A DNA stretch of 64,000 nucleotides from positions 22,920-86,919 of the IMG/VR virus record IMGVR_UViG_3300027769_000023. One strand, given 5' to 3'. A program made the position numbers and the translations under genes. This DNA comes from a virus (taxonomy: Duplodnaviria; Caudoviricetes). Below are positions 29,250-38,295 of the stretch, one piece after another. The notes under the pieces are model-generated. The model had not been told where the DNA came from. It worked only from the letters and a program-made list of their open reading frames with translations, and did not search any database. Position 1 is the first letter of the stretch. The number at the start of each line of letters is the position of its first letter.

Positions 29250-30249
29250 TATAGAAGAAGCATTAGCACAACTCGATCCTAAGTTAAGGAAAAAACTTGG
29301 AAGCGGTGTAGGTATTGACTATGAGTATCAGCCAACACCTAGTTTTGGTTTAAACCGTGCTCTGGGGGGTGGCCTTCCATATGGTAGACAAGTACTCATC
29401 TGGGGCTCAAAGTCGTCTGCAAAGTCCTCTATGTGCCTTCAAATGATTGCTCTAGCACAAGCAGAGGGAAAGTTGTGTGCTTGGATTGATTCAGAAATGT
29501 CATACTCTGAAGATTGGGCTAGACAACTTGGGGTAGACCCAGAAAAGTTAATTTATTCACAGGCAAGAACAATCAGTGACATGGTTGACGTTGGCGTAGG
29601 GCTTATGAATGCTGGAGTTGATCTAATTGTGGTAGACTCTATTACATCAATGCTTCCAGCAATCTATTTTGAAAAAGATACGGATGAAATGAAAGCACTA
29701 GAAAATACAAAACAGATTGGAGCAGAATCCCGTGACTTTAGTAACGCATGGAAAATGCTTAACTATGCAAACAATAAAGTTAAGCCAACTCTGCTTGTTC
29801 TTATTTCTCAGTCTCGCAACAATATCAATGCTATGTATACTAGCCAGCAGCCTTCTGGTGGTCAGGCTACTAAGTTTTATTCCTCATGTATTGTTAAACT
29901 CTTTTCTTCAGAGTCGGACAATCAAGCAATTAAGGGAAAGATCAAAGTAGGAGATAAATTGATTGAAGAAAAAGTTGGAAGAACTATCCGTTGGGAACTT
30001 CAATTTTCTAAAACATCTCCAGGATTTCAAAATGGCGAGTATGATTTTTATTTTAGAGGTGACAATATTGGACTTGACACAATTGGTGATTTGGTGACTA
30101 CAGCAGAACTAAATGGAATTGTGGAACGCACAGGTGCCTGGTATATACTTCCAGATGGATCAAAAGTACAAGGTAAAGAAGCATTCATTAATCGTGTAAG
30201 AGAGGACCTTGACTTGCAAGAATCCATCAAGAAAAAGTTAAATGGCTAG
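29239..30249 (+). CDS. recA: RecA-like recombinase
   Basis: GGGLPYGR, divergent Walker A GSKSSAKS, IDSE, IVVDSI, GGQATKFYSS. Confidence 0.92.
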   Translation: MSVSIEEALAQLDPKLRKKLGSGVGIDYEYQPTPSFGLNRALGGGLPYGRQVLIWGSKSSAKSSMCLQMIALAQAEGKLCAWIDSEMSYSEDWARQLGVDPEKLIYSQARTISDMVDVGVGLMNAGVDLIVVDSITSMLPAIYFEKDTDEMKALENTKQIGAESRDFSNAWKMLNYANNKVKPTLLVLISQSRNNINAMYTSQQPSGGQATKFYSSCIVKLFSSESDNQAIKGKIKVGDKLIEEKVGRTIRWELQFSKTSPGFQNGEYDFYFRGDNIGLDTIGDLVTTAELNGIVERTGAWYILPDGSKVQGKEAFINRVREDLDLQESIKKKLNG

Positions 30250-30418
30250 TTACACAGTATACCCAGGAAAGTGGCCATGCCATACATGCAAACAAGTTGT
30301 TCCTACACTGAGATGTTATGCAGAAACAAAAACTTTGACTTGGATGTGTAAAGATAAACACTTAACTACTGTATACCTTGGTAAAAGAAAGAAGAAGGAC
30401 TTTGACGGAGAAGAGTGA
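30242..30418 (+). CDS. Small zinc-ribbon-like protein (58 aa, not in track)
   Basis: MASYTVYPGKWPCHTC...WMCKDKH; overlaps the recA stop. Confidence 0.55.
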   Translation: MASYTVYPGKWPCHTCKQVVPTLRCYAETKTLTWMCKDKHLTTVYLGKRKKKDFDGEE

Positions 30419-30698
30419 GAGTAAAAGAATAGGTGCTAAGCAGCACAAGAACTCAGGACGTGGTACGCACAAAGGTGATGCTTCTTGGGAAAATTTTACA
30501 GTAGACTTTAAAGAAGTTGGAAAATCCTTTACTATTAATAAAGATGTTTGGGCAAAGGCTGTGACTGATGCAATAAGAAACGGGAATGATCCTGCAATAA
30601 TTATTGCCATGGGACAGGCAAACACAAAGGTAAGACTTGCTATTGTAGAGTTTTCTATTTTAGAACAGTTAGTAGATGGTAGCAAGAGCAATGATTAA
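30402..30698 (+). CDS. PD-(D/E)xK Holliday-junction resolvase-like endonuclease
   Basis: NSGR..KGDA....VDFKE motif; TTG start after AAGGA. Confidence 0.7.
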   Translation: MTEKSESKRIGAKQHKNSGRGTHKGDASWENFTVDFKEVGKSFTINKDVWAKAVTDAIRNGNDPAIIIAMGQANTKVRLAIVEFSILEQLVDGSKSND

Positions 30699-31230
30699 CT
30701 CTGTTTATACTAACATTCTTTCAGAAGATCTTTTATTCAGCCTACAAAAAACTATTGATAATGAGTTATCTAAAAGAACAATAAAAGATATACCAGCCAA
30801 CTCTGATGGATACTCTGGAGAGTTAGACACAGATCAATTTATAAGACTAGAAAAAGGAAGAATTCAATTAGAGTTGTTCCCAATTCCAAGAGAAGTCATG
30901 AAAGCATTTAGTAAAGTTATAAAAAAGGATCATGGTCAGCACTCACTTATTGGAGCAGTTTACTGTGAGTACAATACAAAGTATGGAGAAATGTCTCTTC
31001 CTATTCATAAAGATAGAAACAAGGACAACCTTTGCTTTGATTATCAAATATCTGCAAGCATTGATTGGCCTATAGTAATTGATAATAAAAAGTATTCTTT
31101 AGATGATAATTCTGCAGTAACCATGTGGCCAAAGGTTCAAGAGCATGGAAGAGTTATTCAGAATTTTGAGGACGGAAGTTTTGTTAAGATGTTGTTTACC
31201 TTTTGGAGAAAAAGAGGTATTGAGCAGTGA
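30691..31230 (+). CDS. 2OG-Fe(II) oxygenase, paralog 1 of 4
   Basis: HKD...DWPIVID...EHGR (HxD...H facial triad). Confidence 0.7.
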   Translation: MINSVYTNILSEDLLFSLQKTIDNELSKRTIKDIPANSDGYSGELDTDQFIRLEKGRIQLELFPIPREVMKAFSKVIKKDHGQHSLIGAVYCEYNTKYGEMSLPIHKDRNKDNLCFDYQISASIDWPIVIDNKKYSLDDNSAVTMWPKVQEHGRVIQNFEDGSFVKMLFTFWRKRGIEQ

Positions 31231-31245
31231 AAAAGGGGAAGGGTG

Positions 31246-31251
31246 TATAAT
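31246..31251 (+). promoter_or_regulatory. -10 TATAAT, probably leaderless transcript
   Basis: 6 nt gap to ATG 31258. Confidence 0.5.
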
Positions 31252-31257
31252 ATAATT

Positions 31258-31914
31258 ATGAGCAACTTTGACCCAGCCATATATAATGAGTCCTACGAAA
31301 ATGGTCATGTAGACAATCGCAACTTTAAACCGTTTATTATTAATAATCTAATTACAGATACAGATGTTAATAATGTCTACAAAATGGTAAGAGATAATCC
31401 AGACGGGTTTTTATTTCAAAAGTTTGCTGGTCACAGAGCCTGGACATTAAGCGATAAAGAATTTGAGGATAGATTAAGTAAATCTGTTAGTGACTGGCTT
31501 GGCGAAAAGGTAATACTTAGAGAATATTCTTTTGCCAGGTACTCAAATAAATTCGGGTATAAACCAAAACTATTCCCACATTATGACACCCACAAGTTAG
31601 ATGGCCAAAGAGTTACAGTAGATATACAACTAAATAAGAATGTTGAATGGCCTGTAGTCGTTGAGGGCGAGTCTTTTGTATTTGATATAAAAGATGCTCT
31701 AGTTTTTTCTGGTACTCAGCAGGTTCATTGGAGATCCAATATGGACCTATCGGATGATGATGAGGTTGATATGATTTTTGCACACTTTGCATATGTAGAT
31801 CAAAAGCCTTGGTCAGAAAATCAAAAAGAAATTTTGGAATACTGGTCTCACAGATTACGTGAAAGAGTTGGCATATCCAATCAGCCAGAACCAAATTCGT
31901 GGCTTAGTGTATAA
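31258..31914 (+). CDS. 2OG-Fe(II) oxygenase, paralog 2 of 4
   Basis: LFPHYD...EWPVVVEG...FSGTQQVHWR. Confidence 0.75.
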   Translation: MSNFDPAIYNESYENGHVDNRNFKPFIINNLITDTDVNNVYKMVRDNPDGFLFQKFAGHRAWTLSDKEFEDRLSKSVSDWLGEKVILREYSFARYSNKFGYKPKLFPHYDTHKLDGQRVTVDIQLNKNVEWPVVVEGESFVFDIKDALVFSGTQQVHWRSNMDLSDDDEVDMIFAHFAYVDQKPWSENQKEILEYWSHRLRERVGISNQPEPNSWLSV

Positions 31915-31915
31915 T
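31910..31915 (+). promoter_or_regulatory. -10 TATAAT overlapping the upstream stop codon
   Basis: Precedes AGGAG RBS and ATG 31936. Confidence 0.45.
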
Positions 31916-31935
31916 AGAGTTATAGGAGATATAAA

Positions 31936-32592
31936 ATGAGAAAAAATTTACCAAACCTGGTATTAAAGGATTTGTTAACACAAAGTCAAATCAACACAAT
32001 CTTTGATATTGTTAATAAAACAAACAGTCAGGATTTTCACAATGAGTTGTCTTATAACAGTTGGCACATTGTTTTGCCACAAGAGATAATTGACATCTTT
32101 ACATCTAAAGCAGAGTCAGTTGCTGGAGAAAAACTAATACTTAAAGAGTACAACTTTTCTCGATATGAAAAAATAACATCTAGTTGTGGTAAACATGTCT
32201 TTAATCCACTCTTATTTCCACACACCGATGAGGCTTTCAGTGGACCACGTTTTACTTTGGATTACCAAATTAGATCTAACATTGACTGGGATATAGTCGT
32301 TGATAACTGGGAAGAAGAGCAAACATTTTTAATTAAAGATAATGAGGCATTAACTTTTTCTGGTACACACCAGGTACACTGGAGACCTAAGAGAGACTTT
32401 GTTGAAGGAGAATTCCTAGAGGCAATCTTTATGCACTTTGAACCAGCACAGCCATATGTGCTTTCAACTGATCACATAAATGCCATGAGACAAAAGGGTC
32501 TAGAAAAATTCAAGGCTTGGAAAGAAACACCAGGAATAACATCAAACGTTAATCATGAACATCAGGAACACCGATATAGAGAGAAGAAATAA
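31936..32592 (+). CDS. 2OG-Fe(II) oxygenase, paralog 3 of 4
   Basis: LFPHTD...DWDIVVD...FSGTHQVHWRPKR. Confidence 0.75.
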   Translation: MRKNLPNLVLKDLLTQSQINTIFDIVNKTNSQDFHNELSYNSWHIVLPQEIIDIFTSKAESVAGEKLILKEYNFSRYEKITSSCGKHVFNPLLFPHTDEAFSGPRFTLDYQIRSNIDWDIVVDNWEEEQTFLIKDNEALTFSGTHQVHWRPKRDFVEGEFLEAIFMHFEPAQPYVLSTDHINAMRQKGLEKFKAWKETPGITSNVNHEHQEHRYREKK

Positions 32593-32593
32593 C

Positions 32594-33364
32594 ATGGCTG
32601 AACTGCATAAATACTTAACTGGATTTGACAAGTACAACAAAGAACTTCCACTGTATGTAAGTAATCCATTTACAGATGCTCAGGTAAAACTTTTAAGAGA
32701 TACCATTGAAAATAACAGGAATAGGGTTGTAGACTACACGGTTGTTCCTGGTGATCAAGAAATGTATCATGGCGGATCGAGATACGATCCAAAGAAGATT
32801 GTCCATATGTCCAGACAACTAGTAGAATTTGATTGTCCAAAAGAAATCGAAGAAGTTATGGATTCGTATGCAAAACAGTTCTATAGCGAAGAAATAAAAC
32901 TTTGTCACTATAATTATATTAAGTATGATCTTGAGTATGGAGATAACACTTACGCTCCTACACTGCCACCACACATTGATGCTGATGAAAACTTGGTTAC
33001 TTTCAATTTTCAAATAGGTGCAAACATTGATGACTGGCAACTAGTTGTTTCTGGAAAACATTTTGATTTAAAAACAAATGATGCGATTGTATTCAGTGCC
33101 GTTAATCAAGTACACTGGAGACCAAAGAGAAAGTGGAAGAAGGGTGAGTTCTTAGAGATTGTAAGTTTTGATTATTGTCCACCAACAAACTATAGATTTA
33201 CTGGTGAAGATAATCCTATCGATCAATTTTTACATACAGAAAAACGAAAGAACTATGTAGATTCTTTAAACAATCATCCAGAATTTCAGAGCGCTTGGGC
33301 TCAGTATCATGAAGAAGGATTAAGAATTGGAATACAAGAAAACGAAAATGGAGCAATAGCATGA
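32594..33364 (+). CDS. 2OG-Fe(II) oxygenase, paralog 4 of 4
   Basis: LPPHID...DWQLVVSG...FSAVNQVHWRPKR. Confidence 0.75.
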   Translation: MAELHKYLTGFDKYNKELPLYVSNPFTDAQVKLLRDTIENNRNRVVDYTVVPGDQEMYHGGSRYDPKKIVHMSRQLVEFDCPKEIEEVMDSYAKQFYSEEIKLCHYNYIKYDLEYGDNTYAPTLPPHIDADENLVTFNFQIGANIDDWQLVVSGKHFDLKTNDAIVFSAVNQVHWRPKRKWKKGEFLEIVSFDYCPPTNYRFTGEDNPIDQFLHTEKRKNYVDSLNNHPEFQSAWAQYHEEGLRIGIQENENGAIA

Positions 33365-33666
33365 TTGAAGAAAAGACAACCATAGATATGGTTAATGGCC
33401 TTGTGGAGATTGCAGACTATATGCAAGATGAAGAACTCACAACAGCCCTTACCTTTATTGCTAAAATAATTATAAAGCCAGATATTCCTCTTAATGTAGC
33501 CACTGTCGAAATTGTAAGGCTACAAGCAATCGCTGCAAAGATGGCATTTAAGGCAACATGGATGGCAAATGTAGATAAGTCTGATCGTGGAAAGAAAAAC
33601 TTATACTATACCGCAGCAGAATCAATTAACAATCTAGTCTCAGCATTGAAATATATCACAAGATAA
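33361..33666 (+). CDS. Hypothetical helical protein
   Basis: ATGA-coupled ORF with RBS. Confidence 0.55.
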   Translation: MIEEKTTIDMVNGLVEIADYMQDEELTTALTFIAKIIIKPDIPLNVATVEIVRLQAIAAKMAFKATWMANVDKSDRGKKNLYYTAAESINNLVSALKYITR

Positions 33667-33668
33667 TC

Positions 33669-33677
33669 TGCTATACT
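33669..33677 (+). promoter_or_regulatory. Extended -10 promoter (TGcTATACT)
   Basis: Intergenic, upstream of the Cas4-like gene. Confidence 0.55.
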
Positions 33678-33702
33678 TATAGTAATAGAAACGAGTTATG
33701 AA

Positions 33703-34497
33703 ATGACAAAAAGTTTACTGCAACAAATCATGGTAAAAAAAGAAGTTCTTCCAGCACATCCTATGGATGTAGCAGGGATTACAGAAAAGATTAAAGAAGG
33801 CTATACTATTAACCGTATAGATAAGCACACACAAAAGAAAACCTTTGCGCCATCAACCATTGCCTATGGTCACGGAGAGTGCCCAAGATATTGGTACTTA
33901 GCCTTTGATGGTCAGACATTTGAAGACAACGCTGATGCTTATGGAGCAGCAAACATGACTGCTGGAACTAAGTCTCATGAAAGAATTCAATCTGCAATGG
34001 GGAATGTTCCAGACTTTCTAATTGATTCAGAATTTAAAATTACCTATTCTGATCCACCAATTTTTGGTTATGGAGACGTAATGCTTAATTGGCAAGGAGA
34101 GCCATTGCTTGGTGAAATCAAGACAATGATGAATGAGGGCTTTGAGTACCGAAAGGCACATATGAAGCCAAAGACTGGTCACTTAATCCAGTTGCTTATA
34201 TACATGAAGATTCTAAAAAAGGCTAAGGCTGTTTTAATTTATGAAAATAAAAATAATCATGAATTATTGCTTTTGCCAGTAGAAGTAAATGATCATTACC
34301 GCAGGTGGGTAGACCAGGCGTTTGATTGGATGAGAACAGTTCGAAAGGCTTGGGTAGACAGAACTTTACCTAAGAAAAATTACAGATCTAATTCAAAGAT
34401 TTGTAAGAACTGTCCAATTCAAAAAGCATGTGCGTCAGCAGAGGTTGGGGAACTGAAAATAAATTCCTTGGAGCCTTTGACTGATGAAGCATTGTAG
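33703..34497 (+). CDS. Cas4/RecB-family exonuclease with Fe-S cysteines
   Basis: CPRYWY, GD...EIK (PD-(D/E)xK), Q...Y, C..CP....C. Confidence 0.8.
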   Translation: MTKSLLQQIMVKKEVLPAHPMDVAGITEKIKEGYTINRIDKHTQKKTFAPSTIAYGHGECPRYWYLAFDGQTFEDNADAYGAANMTAGTKSHERIQSAMGNVPDFLIDSEFKITYSDPPIFGYGDVMLNWQGEPLLGEIKTMMNEGFEYRKAHMKPKTGHLIQLLIYMKILKKAKAVLIYENKNNHELLLLPVEVNDHYRRWVDQAFDWMRTVRKAWVDRTLPKKNYRSNSKICKNCPIQKACASAEVGELKINSLEPLTDEAL

Positions 34498-34768
34498 TTG
34501 GTGCGATAAGGAATTCCTTACAGCAATATCTTACCAGATTTATTGCTCTGTAGAATGTAGAGAGGCTGCAACAAAAGAAAAGATTGCAGCAAGATACATT
34601 ATTGCTAGAAGGCAAAAAAGAATAGGTAAGAAAAGGATTTGTAAAAACTGCCAAGAAGAACTATCAGTCTTTAATGATGAAGTTCTTTGCGGTAGGTGTA
34701 ACATAAATCCAAGCCAAGTTTCAAAAGTGTTAAAGCAGATTAGGATTATTTCTAATGGTAAAGAATAA
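34484..34768 (+). CDS. Double zinc-finger protein
   Basis: CxxC...CxxxC and CxxC...CxxC. Confidence 0.6.
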   Translation: MKHCSWCDKEFLTAISYQIYCSVECREAATKEKIAARYIIARRQKRIGKKRICKNCQEELSVFNDEVLCGRCNINPSQVSKVLKQIRIISNGKE

Positions 34769-35351
34769 GTGGGGTATGGAAATGATTCCAAATACTATAT
34801 GTTCTATTGACGCTAGTACCAATAGCCTTGCATTTGCCCTATTTGATACCCAACAAAAAACGTTGGGCGTAATAGGAAAGATTAACTTTGAAGGAAAAGA
34901 TACATATGAAAAAGTTATGGATGCAGGCCAAAAGGTTAAGGCTTTCTTTGATTACTATGGTGGGTTTGAAGCAATAGTTATTGAGCATACTGTATTTATG
35001 AATAGCCCAAAAACGGCTGCAGATCTAGCGCTAGTGCAAGGAGCAATCCTTGGCGCAGCAGGTCAGTCTGGAACAAAAGTAATAGGTAAGGTTTCTCCAA
35101 TTACTTGGCAAAATTTTATTGGTAATAAAAAAATATCTAAGGATGAAAAGTTTTATATAAAGGCACAAAATCCTGATAAGTCAGACTCATGGCTAAAAAC
35201 TTATGAGAGAAATCTGAGAAAAGAAAGAACAATAAAATTTATTAATGTTCAGTACGATAGGACTATTACTGATAATGATGTAGCAGATGCGTGTGGAATT
35301 GGGCATTGGGCTATGAAAAACTGGGGCAAAGCAATAGGAGTTGACAAGTAA
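34755..35351 (+). CDS. RuvC-like Holliday-junction resolvase
   Basis: SIDAST, VIEH, LALVQGAI, DVADACGIG (RNase H fold D-E-D-D). Confidence 0.8.
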   Translation: MVKNKWGMEMIPNTICSIDASTNSLAFALFDTQQKTLGVIGKINFEGKDTYEKVMDAGQKVKAFFDYYGGFEAIVIEHTVFMNSPKTAADLALVQGAILGAAGQSGTKVIGKVSPITWQNFIGNKKISKDEKFYIKAQNPDKSDSWLKTYERNLRKERTIKFINVQYDRTITDNDVADACGIGHWAMKNWGKAIGVDK

Positions 35352-35369
35352 GGCCATGTCTGCTAAACT
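35341..35369 (+). promoter_or_regulatory. Promoter TTGACA-17-TAAACT (TG extension)
   Basis: Spans the RuvC stop and the start of the HTH ORF. Confidence 0.6.
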
Positions 35370-35511
35370 ATATACAAGTGAGTCTTTTATGCGTAAGAGA
35401 TATGTTATGGATAAAAAGACTCCAGAAGATATTGCAAAGGAGTGCGGAGTTAGTGTTGAAACTATTTACGTATACCTTGCTAAATTTGGATTAAGGAAAT
35501 CAAAACGATGA
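35356..35511 (+). CDS. Small HTH DNA-binding protein (51 aa, not in track)
   Basis: KTPEDIAKECGVSVETIYVYL helix-turn-helix. Confidence 0.65.
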   Translation: MSAKLYTSESFMRKRYVMDKKTPEDIAKECGVSVETIYVYLAKFGLRKSKR

Positions 35512-35633
35512 GTAAAGTTGAAAAGACATTGATTGCTATTGCTGTAGCAGGCATGGTTGGATTTGGATTTGCCATTGCATCACTAAAGGGAATTCCAGAA
35601 GCATTTGATTGGGAAGAGGATGACAGTGAGTGA
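35508..35633 (+). CDS. Small single-TM membrane protein (41 aa, not in track)
   Basis: MSKVEKTLIAIAVAGMVGFGFAIASLKG followed by an acidic tail; ATGA coupling. Confidence 0.5.
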   Translation: MSKVEKTLIAIAVAGMVGFGFAIASLKGIPEAFDWEEDDSE

Positions 35634-35892
35634 AGAAACACAGTTTACAATTTCTCAAGTATGCGATGAGATAAAGACAATGCTAATCACTAAGAATAAG
35701 TCATATGGCGATAGCGCATTAAACCCAGTAAGAATTTTTGCTACTGCTGATAATGTTGAACAACTTCATGTACGTATTGATGATAAGTTATCCAGGATTA
35801 CTCGTGGAGGTTCTTTTGTTGGCGACAACGATATTGATGATCTTATTGGATACCTAATTCTATTAAAGATTGCAAGAGAATTAAATGGATAG
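35620..35892 (+). CDS. Nucleotide-modification-associated domain 1 (DUF1599-like, all-alpha MazG-like)
   Basis: KNKSYGDSA...RIDDKLSRI...DLIGYLIL. Confidence 0.7.
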   Translation: MTVSEETQFTISQVCDEIKTMLITKNKSYGDSALNPVRIFATADNVEQLHVRIDDKLSRITRGGSFVGDNDIDDLIGYLILLKIARELNG

Positions 35893-36847
35893 ACCAGAGA
35901 TGATGCATGATGGGAATAGGCCATCAAATCAGGTTGGCTTTATTACAAATGTAAAAGTTAATTCACCACTTAAAAAAGAATTAGATGGATGGCCTATGCT
36001 ACAAGATGCCCTCAATGATCTGTCTTCTGATAATAAAGCATACTCTACAGCCGAAAATATGGAATGGGCTAGAGGATCTAATTGGGAAGAAGACCCATTT
36101 CCAGTAAACAAAAGTTTATTTAGGTGTGACGAATTTACAAAAGATCACGATGGAAAGCATGTACTATTTTCTGGATGTTCTGTTACCTACGGTGTTGGTC
36201 TTTATACAACAGAAACATGGTCTTATAAGATTTATAAAATGATGCAACAAGAAGAAAAGATTTCTGGCTATTTTAATCTTGGCAAACCAGGAACATCTAT
36301 CATGGATATTATTTCTAATGTTTTTAAGTATATAAGTTTATATGGAAAACCAGATGTGATATTTTTAGATCTACCAGACCTTAATAGGCACTACTCAATC
36401 AGAGATGATAGAAAAGATGTATTAAAAGGTTCTGTTGAAGATATAGAAAACAAAACTATTAATAGTCTTTACCATGGAATGTACAGAGGTAAAGCAAACA
36501 TGAGGAATCAGGAAATGAGAATTTATGTTTACCAGTACCTCATGATGCTAGAACAATACTGCAAAGACCTGGGAATTGAACTGTATGTCTTTTCATACGT
36601 AGATGGTACAAATGATTTAATAAAAAAGACAGACATTGAATCAATGAAATTTTTAGAAAACCATGATATTGTTGAAGAGATATATGATTATGCAGAAAAA
36701 AATAAGAACAGCATTGATGAGTTTTTCCTTACAGCAAGAGATAACCAGCATCATGGTTGGGGATACCACGACATATGGTCTAGAATAATGTTTGAAGAAT
36801 ATAGTTTAGGTGGTGGACGATATGCCAGACGCACACGGAAAAGTTAG
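35885..36847 (+). CDS. SGNH-fold protein (GCS variant), paralog A
   Basis: FRCDEF, LFSGCSVTYG, FNLGKPG, PDVIF, RDNQHH. Confidence 0.7.
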   Translation: MDRPEMMHDGNRPSNQVGFITNVKVNSPLKKELDGWPMLQDALNDLSSDNKAYSTAENMEWARGSNWEEDPFPVNKSLFRCDEFTKDHDGKHVLFSGCSVTYGVGLYTTETWSYKIYKMMQQEEKISGYFNLGKPGTSIMDIISNVFKYISLYGKPDVIFLDLPDLNRHYSIRDDRKDVLKGSVEDIENKTINSLYHGMYRGKANMRNQEMRIYVYQYLMMLEQYCKDLGIELYVFSYVDGTNDLIKKTDIESMKFLENHDIVEEIYDYAEKNKNSIDEFFLTARDNQHHGWGYHDIWSRIMFEEYSLGGGRYARRTRKS

Positions 36848-37775
36848 CATAAAAGATATTTCTCCAAAAATTAAAGAAGAGTTATTTAATCAAGGAATAA
36901 CCCCCAGCGCAAAAATAAAAAATGCATTTAATAAAAATTTAGAAGGGTGGGATTTAGTTCAAGACGCACTTAATGATTTAAGTAGTGAAGATCCTTATTA
37001 TAATAATCTAGAATCCTCTCAATGGTGCAGAGATCAAAAATGGGAAGAAGACTCATTTAAAGTTAACACTCTTAATTTTAGATCAGATAATTTTATAAAA
37101 GTTCATAAAGGAAAACATGTTTTGTTTTCGGGCTGCTCTGCAACTTATGGAGTGGGTCTGTATGCAAAAGAAACTTGGCCGTATAAGGTTTATTCAAAGA
37201 TTTTAGAAGAAGAAGACTTGTCTGGTTATTTTAATATTTCAAAACCAGGATCATCAATTATGGAGATTGTGGTAGGAATTTTTAAATATACTATTTCTTA
37301 TGGAAAACCAGATGTTGTTTTTATAAATTTACCAGACATGTATAGAGGATACAAAATTTTAAGTGAAAAATCTATCTCTGGACATGGAGAAGAGTTTATT
37401 AAAAACACTATAGATGGGTTTTTTCAAGTTACGGGAACTCCAAGAGTAACAATAGAAAAACATGAGTATTCTGTCTACAGTTATCAGTACTTATTGATGC
37501 TTGAAACCTTTTGTAATTTTTTAGGAATAGAGTTATATGTTTTTTCATATAACCAAGAGTTAAATGACCTCTTAAACTTTTGTGATTTAGAGTCTATGAT
37601 TTTTGTAAATAGGAAAGATGTAAATAAAAGTGTGTTCAAATCTGATACAAATATAAGTAGTCCATATGGATTAACTGCAAGAGATGGTCACCATCATGGA
37701 TCCGCTTTTCATGATGTCTGGTCTGATATAATGTTTAATGAATACAAAACAGGCAGGGGAAAATATGTCAGATAG
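36822..37775 (+). CDS. SGNH-fold protein (GCS variant), paralog B
   Basis: Shares QDALNDLSS/WEED N-terminus with paralog A; FSGCS, FNISKPG, RDGHHH. Confidence 0.7.
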   Translation: MPDAHGKVSIKDISPKIKEELFNQGITPSAKIKNAFNKNLEGWDLVQDALNDLSSEDPYYNNLESSQWCRDQKWEEDSFKVNTLNFRSDNFIKVHKGKHVLFSGCSATYGVGLYAKETWPYKVYSKILEEEDLSGYFNISKPGSSIMEIVVGIFKYTISYGKPDVVFINLPDMYRGYKILSEKSISGHGEEFIKNTIDGFFQVTGTPRVTIEKHEYSVYSYQYLLMLETFCNFLGIELYVFSYNQELNDLLNFCDLESMIFVNRKDVNKSVFKSDTNISSPYGLTARDGHHHGSAFHDVWSDIMFNEYKTGRGKYVR

Positions 37776-38295
37776 TCAACTAGTAGAGCATCTAGATGAA
37801 GTTAACCGTGTTGTTGAAGAGTACCTAAAGGGAAATGACCCTACTGTAATTTCTAAACAATTAGCAATCCCTAGAACAAGGGTTGTTCAATTAATAAATG
37901 AGTGGAAAGTCATGGCTTCTGCTAATGAGGCAATCAGAGCACGGGCAAAAGAAGCACTTGCAGCAGCAGACACACACTATAGCAAGTTAATTTCAAGATC
38001 CTATGAGGTTATTGATGAAGCATCTATGACTAATAACCTTGGTGCAAAAACTGCAGCAATTAAGTTGGTTATGGATATTGAGTCTAAGCGTATTGACATG
38101 TTACAAAAGGCTGGTCTGCTAGAAAATAAAGAACTTGCAGAAGAGATGGTAGAGATTGAAAATCGACAAATGGTACTTATGTCAATATTAAAAGATATTG
38201 CCTCAGAGCATCCAGAGATTAGGGATCAGATTATGAGAAGACTATCTGATATTGCCAAAAGAGATGAAGTCATAACGGTAGTTCATGATGGCTGA
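37765..38295 (+). CDS. Terminase small subunit (probable)
   Basis: N-terminal HTH (ISKQLAIPRTRV) plus helical body, directly upstream of the large subunit. Confidence 0.65.
   Translation: MSDSQLVEHLDEVNRVVEEYLKGNDPTVISKQLAIPRTRVVQLINEWKVMASANEAIRARAKEALAAADTHYSKLISRSYEVIDEASMTNNLGAKTAAIKLVMDIESKRIDMLQKAGLLENKELAEEMVEIENRQMVLMSILKDIASEHPEIRDQIMRRLSDIAKRDEVITVVHDG

Noticed and set aside
30691-33364. Calling the four oxygenases TET/JBP DNA dioxygenases
   Set aside because: Only the generic HxD...H triad is visible; no TET/JBP-specific motifs or adjacent methyltransferase, so this is left as an open possibility.
33703-34497. Cas4-like gene as a sign of CRISPR-Cas
   Set aside because: No cas1/cas2 and no repeat-spacer array seen; solo Cas4-like nucleases are common in phage recombination modules.
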